Below, piece after piece: positions 52,901 to 60,289 of a stretch of DNA of 64,000 bases (positions are counted from its first letter, which is position 1; each line of letters opens with the position of its first letter). The stretch lies in IMG/VR virus record IMGVR_UViG_3300035703_000047, positions 24,986 to 88,985 of that record; one strand, written 5' to 3'. The notes under the pieces are model-generated. The model worked only from the letters and a program-made list of their open reading frames with translations, made no database searches and was not told the origin of the DNA. The stretch is from a virus. The position numbers were made by a program, and so were the translations under genes.

Positions 52901-55900
52901 CGTAGATATAGTCATCTATAAAAAATCCAGGTTCAAAAGAAGGAGGTCTTATTCCAGAATCGAAATCAGTATTTAGTGTATAACTAGAATTCATTCTTCT
53001 TATAAATCCACCATTTATTGTATTATATGCATATGCTCCATAAATTGGATTTCCATCATATGCATAACCTAAAATTGGTGAATGATTTAGAGATCCTGTA
53101 CTTTCTTTATTGGATTCTGTAAAATTATCCGATAATTGATATCTCAGTTTTTTGGGGACATAAAAATTAGTAAACCGCAATCCCAAACTTGGATTTTTAC
53201 TTGGTACAATCAACCCATCATCGAGATTAGAAATTGTATTTTTATATTTTACGACTTGATTTATCTTCCATTCTTTTACATGTGCCAAGAATTTAGCATC
53301 TTTACCTCTATTTTTCAAAGTAAGTACGGTATTTTTTGAATTATATCCTACACCACCAAAAACAATATTGATATTTGACAATTTACCTTCTTTTACGATT
53401 GGTTCTATTTGAGCATACTTTCCTTCACCGGAAACTATTATTTCAGAATTTTCCCTAAATCCTCTACCTCTATTAATAATTTGAACATCTACAATTGATC
53501 CATCAATAATAATTGGTTTTAAAATTGCTTCTGCAGTTATACTTGCAACCCCAACATTAGGTCTTCTATGATAATTGATGATAGATGTGCATCCATATCC
53601 AGTTCCACCATCTTCAATAAAAACATCTTCAATTGATCCAAGTACAATCGGTTTAAGTTCTATGCCAGTTATTGTTGATCCTATTCCGGATTTAGATTCT
53701 ACATGTATTTCAATTGGAGGATAAGCAATAATATGAGTTCCAATTCCAAGAGAATTGAATTTAACAAATTTATTTTTTATATAATTTTCATTACTTAAAT
53801 TTCCATTATTTTCAGCTTCATATAATCTAAATTTATTAACATCAATAATTTTAACATAATAACCCATAGATGTAGACATTCCACCAATAGCCGAACCTTC
53901 ACAAGAATATTTCACAAAATCAAAATTATTAAATCCATGATTTTTTGCAAAAATATATGAATCAAATGTATTAATTCCAGAACTTCTATTATCTGCAGAA
54001 AGTATAGATGGAATTCTTATTTTTCTATTAGAATATCCTTGTCCAGGATTTTTAACATAAATTTTAGTAAAAGTATTTTTATTTTTTAACGTTGTTATGA
54101 AATGAAATCCAGAAGAAACGCCAACAATATCAATTTCATTTGTTTTCTGAAGTGCATCAACTCTGTTATTATAAAGTTTTATTTTATTATCCGTCAAAAT
54201 ACCTACAAAATACATAGAACCATTAACAATTCCAGGTATATTTGTATTTTTATTAGAATCATAAACAATTTCTTCTCCATCTTCAAAAGGAATGTTATTA
54301 ATAAACTTTATAGTATTATCTACCGTGTTTACATTCAGATCCGCTTTAAATCCAGATGAGATTCTAGATTTAACAAAATTTGATTCTAATAAACATCCAG
54401 TACCATTTCCTCCAGTTATTGTAATTTTTGGTTTTTCTTGATAACCATATCCAGAATTTAATATCTTAATCTCTCTAACTGTGCCCGAAACATTTAAATG
54501 GGCTTTTACTCCAGTTCCGGTTTCGTCTTTTATTTCTAATGGAGGGACATCAATTACATCATAATCTTTTCCGTTATTTGTAACATCAATTGATATTATA
54601 TCTCCATAGTAAATATTTTCATCAGATAAATTTGGAGATAGTAATTCAACACCATTTACTAATAATCCAACTTCCCTATTAAATGTAGTCCTTAAATTTA
54701 AGTCATCGAAAGCTTCTCTATTTGCATTAGGATTAAAAGGAAACTTTTTAAGAATTTTTTGATGTTCTAGTGTTTTATCCTGATTACCTAGTGGATATAT
54801 AAATCCATTGGTGATTGGAGATGTGGTTTGTATATATTTTTTTGAAAAAATATCTGATTTACTATATGATAATTTTATTTTATTATTATCAACTCTTGTA
54901 ACATAATAAGATCCTGTTAGTAAATCCGAAGATGTTGATGGCGATTTATAATGAATTAATTCTCCACTTAGATAATTATGATTCTGAACATTAAATGTAT
55001 CAGTTTTAGAAATTCCCACTTCAGTGGATAATGTTTTTTTATTTTCCGTGGAAAAAATAGTATAATTTGGTAATCCAGAAGATGTGACGTAAAAATATTT
55101 TTCTTCAGAATCAATATAAGTATTTTGGACTCCTGTAGGTATATTTTTTATATTTTCAAAATAGTTACTATAATGATTTGACTTATATATTTTTTTTCTT
55201 ATAGTTTTTGCATCTAAAATTGCAAAAGACGCAGAATTTAATACTTGAACTAAAATTCTATTACTATATTTTTTGATCAAATCTGATGTGGAGTATTCGA
55301 CATCTAAAATCTCCACCTCCACATTATTTCCTATACTATCTACAAGTAAAATCTTCTCATCTTGATAAAAATAAACTTTATCAAATAAATTGACTCTATA
55401 TTTCGTCGAGTCAATTTGTGATATATTTTGTATTACATGATTGGTAGGAATATTATAAATCCAACTGTTAAATTCATACTTGTCATATAAATCCTTCCCA
55501 AATCCAGATAGAGAAATATTATCCCCCACTCTCAAATTTGAGGTTTTTGAAAAATCTATGTTATCAATTACATTAACAACTCTAAACTCTACTTTTGATG
55601 TGTTTCCCACTCCAACATAACTAAAAGCAAATTTTTCTTCTATTAAATCAAGTCCAGAATCCAAATACTTAGTTACATTAGTAACTCCAGTAAATTGATT
55701 AATGGTTTTTCCAGTATAATCAATTTGAATAAAATCTGAATTTTTTGGTTTTACTAAAAGAGTTCCAGAATTAGCAAAACCTATCGTAGAGTCAACCAAT
55801 ATAGTATCACTATTTACTTCGACATCTTCCAATATTCTAGTTTTACCAGAAACTTCAAAATTGCCACTAAATGAAGTACTATCTAAGGAAATTTCGTATA

Positions 55901-56759
55901 AATCTTTATTATCTACTGGTCTATACTCTACATTAAAAATAGAGGCACTAACTGTACCAATTTCCGGTAAAGTTTGAAATAAAAAATTACCTTTAATATC
56001 TATAGGATTTCCGCCAGAAATTTTTTCTACCAATATATTCTTAGTAATAAAATAAGAATTAGAAGATGGGGAAATAGTATATTCTTGTGGTTTTATGATT
56101 TCAATATCCGAACCGTATAGAATTTTAAATAATAACTTATAAGACAGATCTGTTCCTTTAGATTTATATAAATCCTTAATTTTATAAGCTACATTCTCAA
56201 TAGAAATATCTTGATAAAAATCTCTAGATTCAAATCCTGGTAAAAATTCATATTTAAAGTTCTCAAAGAATTTAATTAAAAATAAATTACTTAGATTTTG
56301 AACGATATTTCCCGCAGAATGTTCAGAAGCTTCAGTTGATGAGAAAACTAAAAATTCTGGATTATTTAAAGATTGTAATTTTTCAATTCCACTAAATCCT
56401 CGAATACAATTTTGAAACGAAGTTTCAGTCTTTGAAAGGTAAGTAATAATTTCGTCGTTTATTTTCAACAATCCATAAGAATCAGGCCAACCATCAGTTG
56501 ACTGTACAGTTATAGTATCATCAAAAGATAAAACGTTTGAAGTTAGAGTAGTCTGTTCTTTTAATTCCTGGTTATTGAATTGTTTAGAATTCTTATATTT
56601 TGAAATATTTGAAACAATATCAATAGAACCGGACTGATGTTCCATTGAATGGTAATATTGTTTAAGAAAATCCAGGAAAAGAGGGGATTCTGCAGATAGA
56701 AATTCTGGAATCTGCGTGTCAATAATTGAACTGATTTTTACTCTTTTAATTTCCGTCAT
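43974..56759 (-). CDS. g7: Giant baseplate wedge initiator (4261 aa)
   Basis: QIPEF...FLKQYY, YKSKGT...LFKILYG, DNFYYQKFSYSIK...LHPSGF; between g6 and g8. Confidence 0.88.
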   Translation of the reverse strand: MTEIKRVKISSIIDTQIPEFLSAESPLFLDFLKQYYHSMEHQSGSIDIVSNISKYKNSKQFNNQELKEQTTLTSNVLSFDDTITVQSTDGWPDSYGLLKINDEIITYLSKTETSFQNCIRGFSGIEKLQSLNNPEFLVFSSTEASEHSAGNIVQNLSNLFLIKFFENFKYEFLPGFESRDFYQDISIENVAYKIKDLYKSKGTDLSYKLLFKILYGSDIEIIKPQEYTISPSSNSYFITKNILVEKISGGNPIDIKGNFLFQTLPEIGTVSASIFNVEYRPVDNKDLYEISLDSTSFSGNFEVSGKTRILEDVEVNSDTILVDSTIGFANSGTLLVKPKNSDFIQIDYTGKTINQFTGVTNVTKYLDSGLDLIEEKFAFSYVGVGNTSKVEFRVVNVIDNIDFSKTSNLRVGDNISLSGFGKDLYDKYEFNSWIYNIPTNHVIQNISQIDSTKYRVNLFDKVYFYQDEKILLVDSIGNNVEVEILDVEYSTSDLIKKYSNRILVQVLNSASFAILDAKTIRKKIYKSNHYSNYFENIKNIPTGVQNTYIDSEEKYFYVTSSGLPNYTIFSTENKKTLSTEVGISKTDTFNVQNHNYLSGELIHYKSPSTSSDLLTGSYYVTRVDNNKIKLSYSKSDIFSKKYIQTTSPITNGFIYPLGNQDKTLEHQKILKKFPFNPNANREAFDDLNLRTTFNREVGLLVNGVELLSPNLSDENIYYGDIISIDVTNNGKDYDVIDVPPLEIKDETGTGVKAHLNVSGTVREIKILNSGYGYQEKPKITITGGNGTGCLLESNFVKSRISSGFKADLNVNTVDNTIKFINNIPFEDGEEIVYDSNKNTNIPGIVNGSMYFVGILTDNKIKLYNNRVDALQKTNEIDIVGVSSGFHFITTLKNKNTFTKIYVKNPGQGYSNRKIRIPSILSADNRSSGINTFDSYIFAKNHGFNNFDFVKYSCEGSAIGGMSTSMGYYVKIIDVNKFRLYEAENNGNLSNENYIKNKFVKFNSLGIGTHIIAYPPIEIHVESKSGIGSTITGIELKPIVLGSIEDVFIEDGGTGYGCTSIINYHRRPNVGVASITAEAILKPIIIDGSIVDVQIINRGRGFRENSEIIVSGEGKYAQIEPIVKEGKLSNINIVFGGVGYNSKNTVLTLKNRGKDAKFLAHVKEWKINQVVKYKNTISNLDDGLIVPSKNPSLGLRFTNFYVPKKLRYQLSDNFTESNKESTGSLNHSPILGYAYDGNPIYGAYAYNTINGGFIRRMNSSYTLNTDFDSGIRPPSFEPGFFIDDYIYDGSGDLDQHNGRFCITPEYPNGTYAYFCTIDVNASNEASPRYPYAVGPHFYNNPIGENFLPSFNQDINVFTKNLTRNVGPYYLNRSNSYYDLIDKVLDEYKQEFYVTSVNSGKIDGVSIFSPGDDYKVNDQIDIDVSETEGIQSNIVVSELDGREIQSISLPEDVIQDAEFFITYPETIVKTSSPHKIKNGQPILISGISTITASDFEGIKYVRVLEKESELLEDIQSDVFTGVSTFIKLKDINGFGINDFIGIGTEVLLITDVDSKRSGFYVNRLQNTGIHTAGIDKVTLLPREFRIPTGNITDLTFENYTTFFDPKFSVGIGTNTTDRVVVGFGTTSFENRSIPTRSIYLPSHKFYTGQPLVYNAGFAGTTLYVNNVGSAVSFKLSDFPIVYAVNIGKNYVGLSTIGFTSSTGIGTNLNSLEFWDQTSSYGVIGAAHSLTTLNPKVTGTITKILGIVTTASNHNLSVGDIISLNLTTDYNDVVKVIFDPVNRKVLMREIQFSDTDIILEENSIDISSYTGEINTGDKVVYISSSPISGLDNYGVYYVSKTSFNFIKLCEYESDIFESKFIDLSSTGGSTHNLYFINPQISTIRTTKIEFDLSDSSLIDLDLQFYFDPIFTQKINEKSDFFISRTGIIGTDGAKIILDLSNQVFPIYYNLFSKGSSDKSKNEISSDISVKSYNKLSVIDHQLNSRFKIETASDKTFSFFNTKKLNKIEKNIIGQPETKIAYKTTSTTALGPISKFKINFPGRGYKKLPSVRGVNSELGKNAIVKLISSEIGKVETFSRIKDGFDYPTDPTLSPSLSVPSIIGIKNIRTIDYIEIISGGRRYNTIPKLIVKDNEFGIELDCGVSGGSITSVNVIKNSTSLSSPLEIIPIYNSNGYEIDFITTNENLVTLELSNDAVFNPFINSGFGKTDFVYPFKIGDKIFIENCRLTNSTSDKANFNSSSYNYTFFDVVDVDINNNTVTYDMSGISTGSFGTYNDELNLGIVVNKNDIPEFRMVLKDDVSYISNEKVLSETFSGIVMDNGWDNKLNQMRLKNIFGTINVGDKILGEISKINGTVEYVDVFNLYSTLGVSRDKTSTIESSSGILNDYLQRISDNFYYQKFSYSIKGNIPYSTWRESVRSILHPSGFKEFSDLEILTKPTLNEVNVGIVKSSDMKPRLVATDTFTFVNIDEITPLSTRSNFARVYEEELLPDGSTQDIFLDEGIDLSAYILNKTNKVIEIDDISSQFDGTTEQLLSDRYVNGSDLLDYNKEFIQEEVVGFITSVYPSLNTNPSWNQSVFKSEVGYVLDALSHDVKYSSNNKSVEVGLNYWDGLGTTYLSGISTETIAGFEYIVDLSKYIINNVPVQTIYNTSKTQIFDYTVPIDSDCSSTYNLNCYADVFSVIENYVGIITSIVGIGTTAKPDSIIYPSLTRGGSVVGLTTFKLTNNGTSLFKHVFSGNNIDVSNDKIIIPNHNFQSGQELIYTYSNGTPIGIATTSYTTGIKDSLLNVYNFDGTAIFENGYDVGITTSISGTVPNGTPSTNTQYTQVIGVNGTGLGTDATFNVLISYNGSGIPIGTSIILKKGGSNYYVGEQVSIAGTNFGGTSPTNDLRFTISKTGPTVIQSESNQSYQSVPSSDLSGATFDVFRDDVGEISYVKVLNGGDGYNPNSIISIAGTYIGGTGNKDNLSFSPLELGTRVLPTSVFVYKLNDNEFKLSGLSTSVFFNITNVGTGTHFLAYKEPNSSVIITLDGIVQKPLSRKSLNVSLASSVSSASTTIISISSGISSISYRDIINLDNEYVSVKSIGVTSPNQIEVIRGYFGTVATAHTVGVSATVLNGSFNIVGDVIYFDQAPIGNLGPVGLETGSIFGGRAFSRQFNPDTPEDKNIILDDISLSFTGIAATEFVLKSGGQYTNTIFNNVNSSIDINNNPIVLINNVFQNPTSDYTVDGSISNTIKFLSGTPSAGKISKVSISTSYGYVPRIGAAATAVISATGTISSVRVTGNGSGYRSSPFVSIASTIGTGASITAIVSAAGTISGFVIVNAGSGYTTTSLPEVVIGIPTGYSNLSLGYTGGTSGVGQKAKITVEVGMGSSIISYKFDEPGIGYRIGDKLTPIGIVTNPSLTFEPFVLTVEEVERDSFCGFYPGQFIQFDDISESFNGFRKKFTLSTTLNGVKQVIGLKVLTGTDLDITNNIFIYINDILQVPNVSYKFSGSRVTFTEPPRSGSKCTILYYRGSSVDVLLVDPPKTIKPGDSVKIQENPTDPYDISQFDRVVKKITSSDQIETFNYYSVGIITDPTRIRPLTWKKQNNDTIINGSLLSKSRPNLQSKIGPFATVIKKIEPTDDVIYVDNAYPLFSDLDSMPEDIRDVLILEDRVIEEPLVESVVSTASTISSITVIDQGVGYANTQSPKVIISQSLITKKDPIFNWKGGVGLSTSYHLKSIKYKDKFISVGNSSVYAISFDGINWQVSTVGFGQNSNFNSVESVGVGSSNFVISVGNLGQVIKATDYGNVISTWDQVPLVEEVSILGFGIIDRVGSSYTGTFNEIVYSQVTDSWVTVGAGGSIFVGTGVGTDSFVNRFSETLSDLNSVVFGSEYFVVVGDDGVIRNSNNGDVWEFVNSPVNTNLNKVIYAEGTFIAVGDYGVIIQSIDKNSYRIIPNNIGIENLININYSYGFYVITTSSGNLYYSFDLSNWIYRSTSQLNFINDLIFVDNVGVDGRYVAIGSGATAIYAEPVYNRATAISSITSGSISSIEIINPGFGYDFNNPPPVIVEPDSFDTEVIRSFKVTGDHGIIIGVTTYITGTPGIGTTSPKISFTLQSEQYDNSTLGIGYSALNNFGILNSQLSKGDYFVITDSNVETGGDLVGITTLLGGMSNYPNSKIGTAKSFIDGVYIVEDITPPSLGIVTVTCNFAPMVDNYVKVYSKGSNNNGIGTNGYYGRYSWAKIYDYQNRILGNPKSFEVFNDNGISGISSSPKIMRTRSIISK

Positions 56760-56760
56760 T

Positions 56761-58635
56761 TTATCTTGTGTATTTTCCGTTTAAATAACTTGATGTACTT
56801 ATGTACTGAGTTGCAGAAGAATTTTCACCAGAACTTACAACATCTTCTACAATATTTACCATAGATTTTTGAACGTCCAATTGTAAATATAGATCTTTCA
56901 GTCCAATAATATCATTTGATTCTGGAATGGCCTGAACTTCTATAAATCCATTCGCTAACACGGATGAAGTTATAATTACACCATCCAAAAGAATTTCACC
57001 TCGTTTATAATTTATTTTCCCAGCATTGTTTTTTACAATACTGGGAACATTATTTTCCAATTTGAAGAAAAATATATTTCCAGAATCTTTATCAGTAGAA
57101 GATGCAATATCTGCCATATAAACAATATCACTTATTCCATTAATAAAAAATCCTGTAGATTTTATAGAATATCCACCGGTTTTTATATGTATCTGATTTC
57201 CAAAACACAACTCATAAGTAGCAAGAGAATTTAATTCTGGATTTAAATCCCTTCTCATTTTAACTTTTGTTATGTTAGAAGTAATAGATTTATCACAATC
57301 ATCTATAAGACTAACAACTTTACTATATTTAAATCTACCTCCAAAACTATTAACATCTTTTGAGTTAGAATAAGAAGTTAAAGTATCAACTACTTTTGTT
57401 TTTACTATTTCTGGGTTACTTAATTGATTTTTATTATAATAAACTGAAGCATCCAATTCTACATACAAATAAGATAAATCAACTATCTCGGGTTTAATAC
57501 CGGCAATCGAATATTTTTTAATGGTGCTTAAAATATTTTGTTTGGTAATCTGTGATAAAAATGTTCCGTTTCTTGGTTTTATGGATATGAAAACTTTTCC
57601 ATATTCTGGGGGATCCAATTCATCACCACCATAAGAATTTACAGATTCTATGTTTGGATAGATATATGGAATGAGGGATTTATAATCATTTGCAGTTACT
57701 GCTCTATATTGAGATGCATAAACTTTTGGAGCAAAATATTTAATAGAATCCATAGATTCTATATCATCACCATTTTCTGACTTTGATTGTGTTAATAATA
57801 GTGATATTCCAGTAGTAATGTCAAATAAATTATTATCTTTCAATCTCCCAGAAAATGTAAAATTACTAGCTCCATTACCAGAAGATCCATTTGTAACAAT
57901 ATAACTAATTTCTATTCTGCTTCCATTGATAGGTTTTTTTCCGATAATATTATCACCGAATCTAATTTCATATTTTGTATCGGAAACTTCTTGAATTAAG
58001 AAAATTCTAGAATCCCCTCCGATATTCAATAAAGTATCATACTGATTGTATATTTCCGTAACTTCATTAATAACTTTAACTCTAATTGTAGTTGTATCTA
58101 TTCCAATATTTGGTAAAATAAATCTTTGATTTGGTTGAGATTCATCCATTATAAATGTACTCGTTACATATACACCTTCATAAACCTGTAAATTATCAAA
58201 AAAAGCAACTCCATCGTTACTTACTGGTGTAGTAATATCTTCTGGTATTGAAAAAATATAATTTCCGTCAGTTACTGCTCCAAGAGCCACTTGTCCCGCA
58301 AGTAATTTAACACTTTTAGCGTTTGTTTGACTCATATCAACGCTAAAATTTATTAATGCTCTTGAAGCTCTTTTAGATCTAGGCAAATAACCAATATTTC
58401 TAGATAAAGAAACTACATTTTCTCTAAGAGTAGCACTTTCTAAAAAGACTTCATTAACTGCCATATTTGAATTATAAGCAGTTATATAACTATTATATGC
58501 TAGTAAATCAATTAAAACTGAAAAGTTTGATCCATCAAAATCAAAATCAGTAAATTCGGAATTTGCACGTAAATAGTCCTTGATCTGAGTCTTGAGATCA
58601 CCGAAATCTAAATTTGTAAATTGATTGAATGACAT
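56761..58635 (-). CDS. g6: Baseplate wedge subunit
   Basis: LDFGDLK, FTDFDFDGSN, RAVTANDY, YGKVFISIKP. Confidence 0.95.
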   Translation of the reverse strand: MSFNQFTNLDFGDLKTQIKDYLRANSEFTDFDFDGSNFSVLIDLLAYNSYITAYNSNMAVNEVFLESATLRENVVSLSRNIGYLPRSKRASRALINFSVDMSQTNAKSVKLLAGQVALGAVTDGNYIFSIPEDITTPVSNDGVAFFDNLQVYEGVYVTSTFIMDESQPNQRFILPNIGIDTTTIRVKVINEVTEIYNQYDTLLNIGGDSRIFLIQEVSDTKYEIRFGDNIIGKKPINGSRIEISYIVTNGSSGNGASNFTFSGRLKDNNLFDITTGISLLLTQSKSENGDDIESMDSIKYFAPKVYASQYRAVTANDYKSLIPYIYPNIESVNSYGGDELDPPEYGKVFISIKPRNGTFLSQITKQNILSTIKKYSIAGIKPEIVDLSYLYVELDASVYYNKNQLSNPEIVKTKVVDTLTSYSNSKDVNSFGGRFKYSKVVSLIDDCDKSITSNITKVKMRRDLNPELNSLATYELCFGNQIHIKTGGYSIKSTGFFINGISDIVYMADIASSTDKDSGNIFFFKLENNVPSIVKNNAGKINYKRGEILLDGVIITSSVLANGFIEVQAIPESNDIIGLKDLYLQLDVQKSMVNIVEDVVSSGENSSATQYISTSSYLNGKYTR

Positions 58636-59033
58636 TAGACTCTAGTGGGTTGTAGTAAAAACTCTACTGTTTGAGTTGGAAGAGGAATACCAACTATATC
58701 ATAAGATATTCTTATATTAATTTCATTAGAATCACTTGGATATGTAACTAATACTGAAGATAAAGAAATTCTTTTTTCAAAATTTTTTAGTAATGTAGTA
58801 ATTCCTAATTCTAAAGAGTACGCTCTTTCCGGAGTTTGAAGATCAAACATTGAATTTTCAACTTCAGATCCCAATAAAGAATTGTAGAATCTTTCACCTG
58901 TTCTGGTTCTAACTAAATTAATAACAGATTTTTTAATAGCATCGGCATTATTAATTGAAAGAATATCATTGGTCACGGGATTTCTCACAAATGAGAGACT
59001 TATATCTTTAAATTTGCGAGAAATCCTAGTCAT
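58635..59033 (-). CDS. g25: Baseplate wedge subunit / sheath initiator
   Basis: FKDISLSF, NLVRTRTGER, FEKRI, FLLQPTR. Confidence 0.92.
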   Translation of the reverse strand: MTRISRKFKDISLSFVRNPVTNDILSINNADAIKKSVINLVRTRTGERFYNSLLGSEVENSMFDLQTPERAYSLELGITTLLKNFEKRISLSSVLVTYPSDSNEINIRISYDIVGIPLPTQTVEFLLQPTRV

Positions 59034-59048
59034 TACTCAAACTAAGGG

Positions 59049-59055
59049 TATTTAT
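59049..59055 (-). promoter_or_regulatory. Late promoter (ATAAATA) for g25-g6-g7
   Basis: Upstream of ATG 59033. Confidence 0.7.
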
Positions 59056-59072
59056 TATATGTATAAGACATT

Positions 59073-59312
59073 TTACCACTTTTTACCATAATTTGGTTCA
59101 GTACCATACTCCCAATCATCATAATCTTCATCATTACGAATTATTTCATGAAGGTCTGTTTGTTTTTTTAAATCATGTTGATGACCAAGATCATATAATA
59201 TTTCTTGCAAAACTCTCTTTTTTGTTGTTGGTTCATAATCTGTGATCAATTTAGTGGTTCCCCACATTTCTTTCATATAATTTTGGTCTCTATCTACGGG
59301 TAAATTTGACAT
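59073..59312 (-). CDS. Conserved cyanophage hypothetical protein
   Basis: VDRDQNYMKEMWGT...YDDWEYGTEP; AGGAG RBS. Confidence 0.75.
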   Translation of the reverse strand: MSNLPVDRDQNYMKEMWGTTKLITDYEPTTKKRVLQEILYDLGHQHDLKKQTDLHEIIRNDEDYDDWEYGTEPNYGKKW

Positions 59313-59316
59313 TTTT

Positions 59317-59361
59317 GCTCCTGATTGTAAAATCAGAACTTTTTACGGGGTTTCTATCCCG
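59317..59361 (-). promoter_or_regulatory. Candidate structured RNA leader (two hairpins or pseudoknot)
   Basis: CGGG-ATAGAAAC-CCCG, TAAAAA linker, CTGATT-TTAC-AATCAG overlapping the SD. Confidence 0.4.
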
Positions 59362-59821
59362 AAATGTCATCTGAATTAATAATTTCTATGTCTTCACCCA
59401 ATATTTCTTCCAAATATTCTTCAGTCCAAAAAGTATAATAGTCAGTTTTTGCTAATTTTTTACGAACAGCACTTAATTTTTTCTTAGATTGACATAAGAT
59501 AAGATTAAATTTATCATTATTTGTTTTAACTCCACCCACAAAGGTGTCTCTTGAGGATAAATCTTCAAAAAATTTATAATATGTAAACTTTTTATTATAA
59601 TGTTTGACCCATTTTACAACCTGATCTTCTCTCCAAAAATCTTCTATAATAAAAATGATAACATCATACCCTGGTTGGGGTACAATGTTATCAATAGAAG
59701 TTTCTACAATTAAAGTTTTAGAACCAGAAGCGTATGGGCAAACTGGAAACCCATTCAATTCATCTTTTGGTGTGGATATTTGTGAAATCCACTCTTGAAT
59801 ATATGACTCTTTTTCAGTCAT
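59354..59821 (-). CDS. Hypothetical protein
   Basis: ELNGFPVCPYA, LAKTDYY motifs. Confidence 0.75.
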   Translation of the reverse strand: MTEKESYIQEWISQISTPKDELNGFPVCPYASGSKTLIVETSIDNIVPQPGYDVIIFIIEDFWREDQVVKWVKHYNKKFTYYKFFEDLSSRDTFVGGVKTNNDKFNLILCQSKKKLSAVRKKLAKTDYYTFWTEEYLEEILGEDIEIINSDDISG

Positions 59822-59822
59822 A

Positions 59823-59969
59823 TTAACCTGCTGCTAATGGTGAGGAGGGATTTGGTTTTTGTGGAGATGGTATTTTAGACTGAGAGGATACATCATACGA
59901 AAATACATTTGCATCCTTTTCTGCAACTGGTTCGGAATTTGGAGATAGTCTAGGATCTGAATCTGCCAT
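59823..59969 (-). CDS. Small Pro/Ser-rich hypothetical protein (48 aa)
   Basis: Manual translation MADSDPRLSPNSEP...SSPLAAG; CTAAATA at 59995-60001 upstream. Confidence 0.55.
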   Translation of the reverse strand: MADSDPRLSPNSEPVAEKDANVFSYDVSSQSKIPSPQKPNPSSPLAAG

Positions 59970-59994
59970 CGATATAAGGTTAATAATTTAAAAT

Positions 59995-60001
59995 TATTTA
60001 G
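59995..60001 (-). promoter_or_regulatory. Late promoter variant (CTAAATA)
   Basis: About 25 nt upstream of ATG 59969. Confidence 0.55.
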
Positions 60002-60039
60002 ACTTATATCTTTTTTTTTATTTTACTAAATTTAAAAGG

Positions 60040-60192
60040 TTATTTACCTTGACCTCTATAAGGCTTACGAGCTTTGTTACGGCTAGTTGCAGCATACTTA
60101 GTACCATTACCTTTTCCTTGTAAAGTCAGCTTTGGTTTTCCCGGCATATAACCAGTATTTTTATTCACTCCACCCTTTGATTTTACAGCCAT
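60040..60192 (-). CDS. Small highly basic protein (50 aa)
   Basis: Manual translation MAVKSKGG...ATSRNKARKPYRGQGK; GAGG RBS. Confidence 0.7.
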   Translation of the reverse strand: MAVKSKGGVNKNTGYMPGKPKLTLQGKGNGTKYAATSRNKARKPYRGQGK

Positions 60193-60289
60193 TTTAATAC
60201 CTCATAGTTAGTTTTATTTGTTATTAGAACACGTCTAAAAACGCGCCGAAGATAAGTATTCTGGGGGTTTACTATAACCCCCTCAGAAA

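Noticed and set aside
60263-60282. GGGGGTT/AACCCCC hairpin after the GT-A gene as a terminator
   Set aside because: The stem is real but has no U tract, so its function cannot be assigned.
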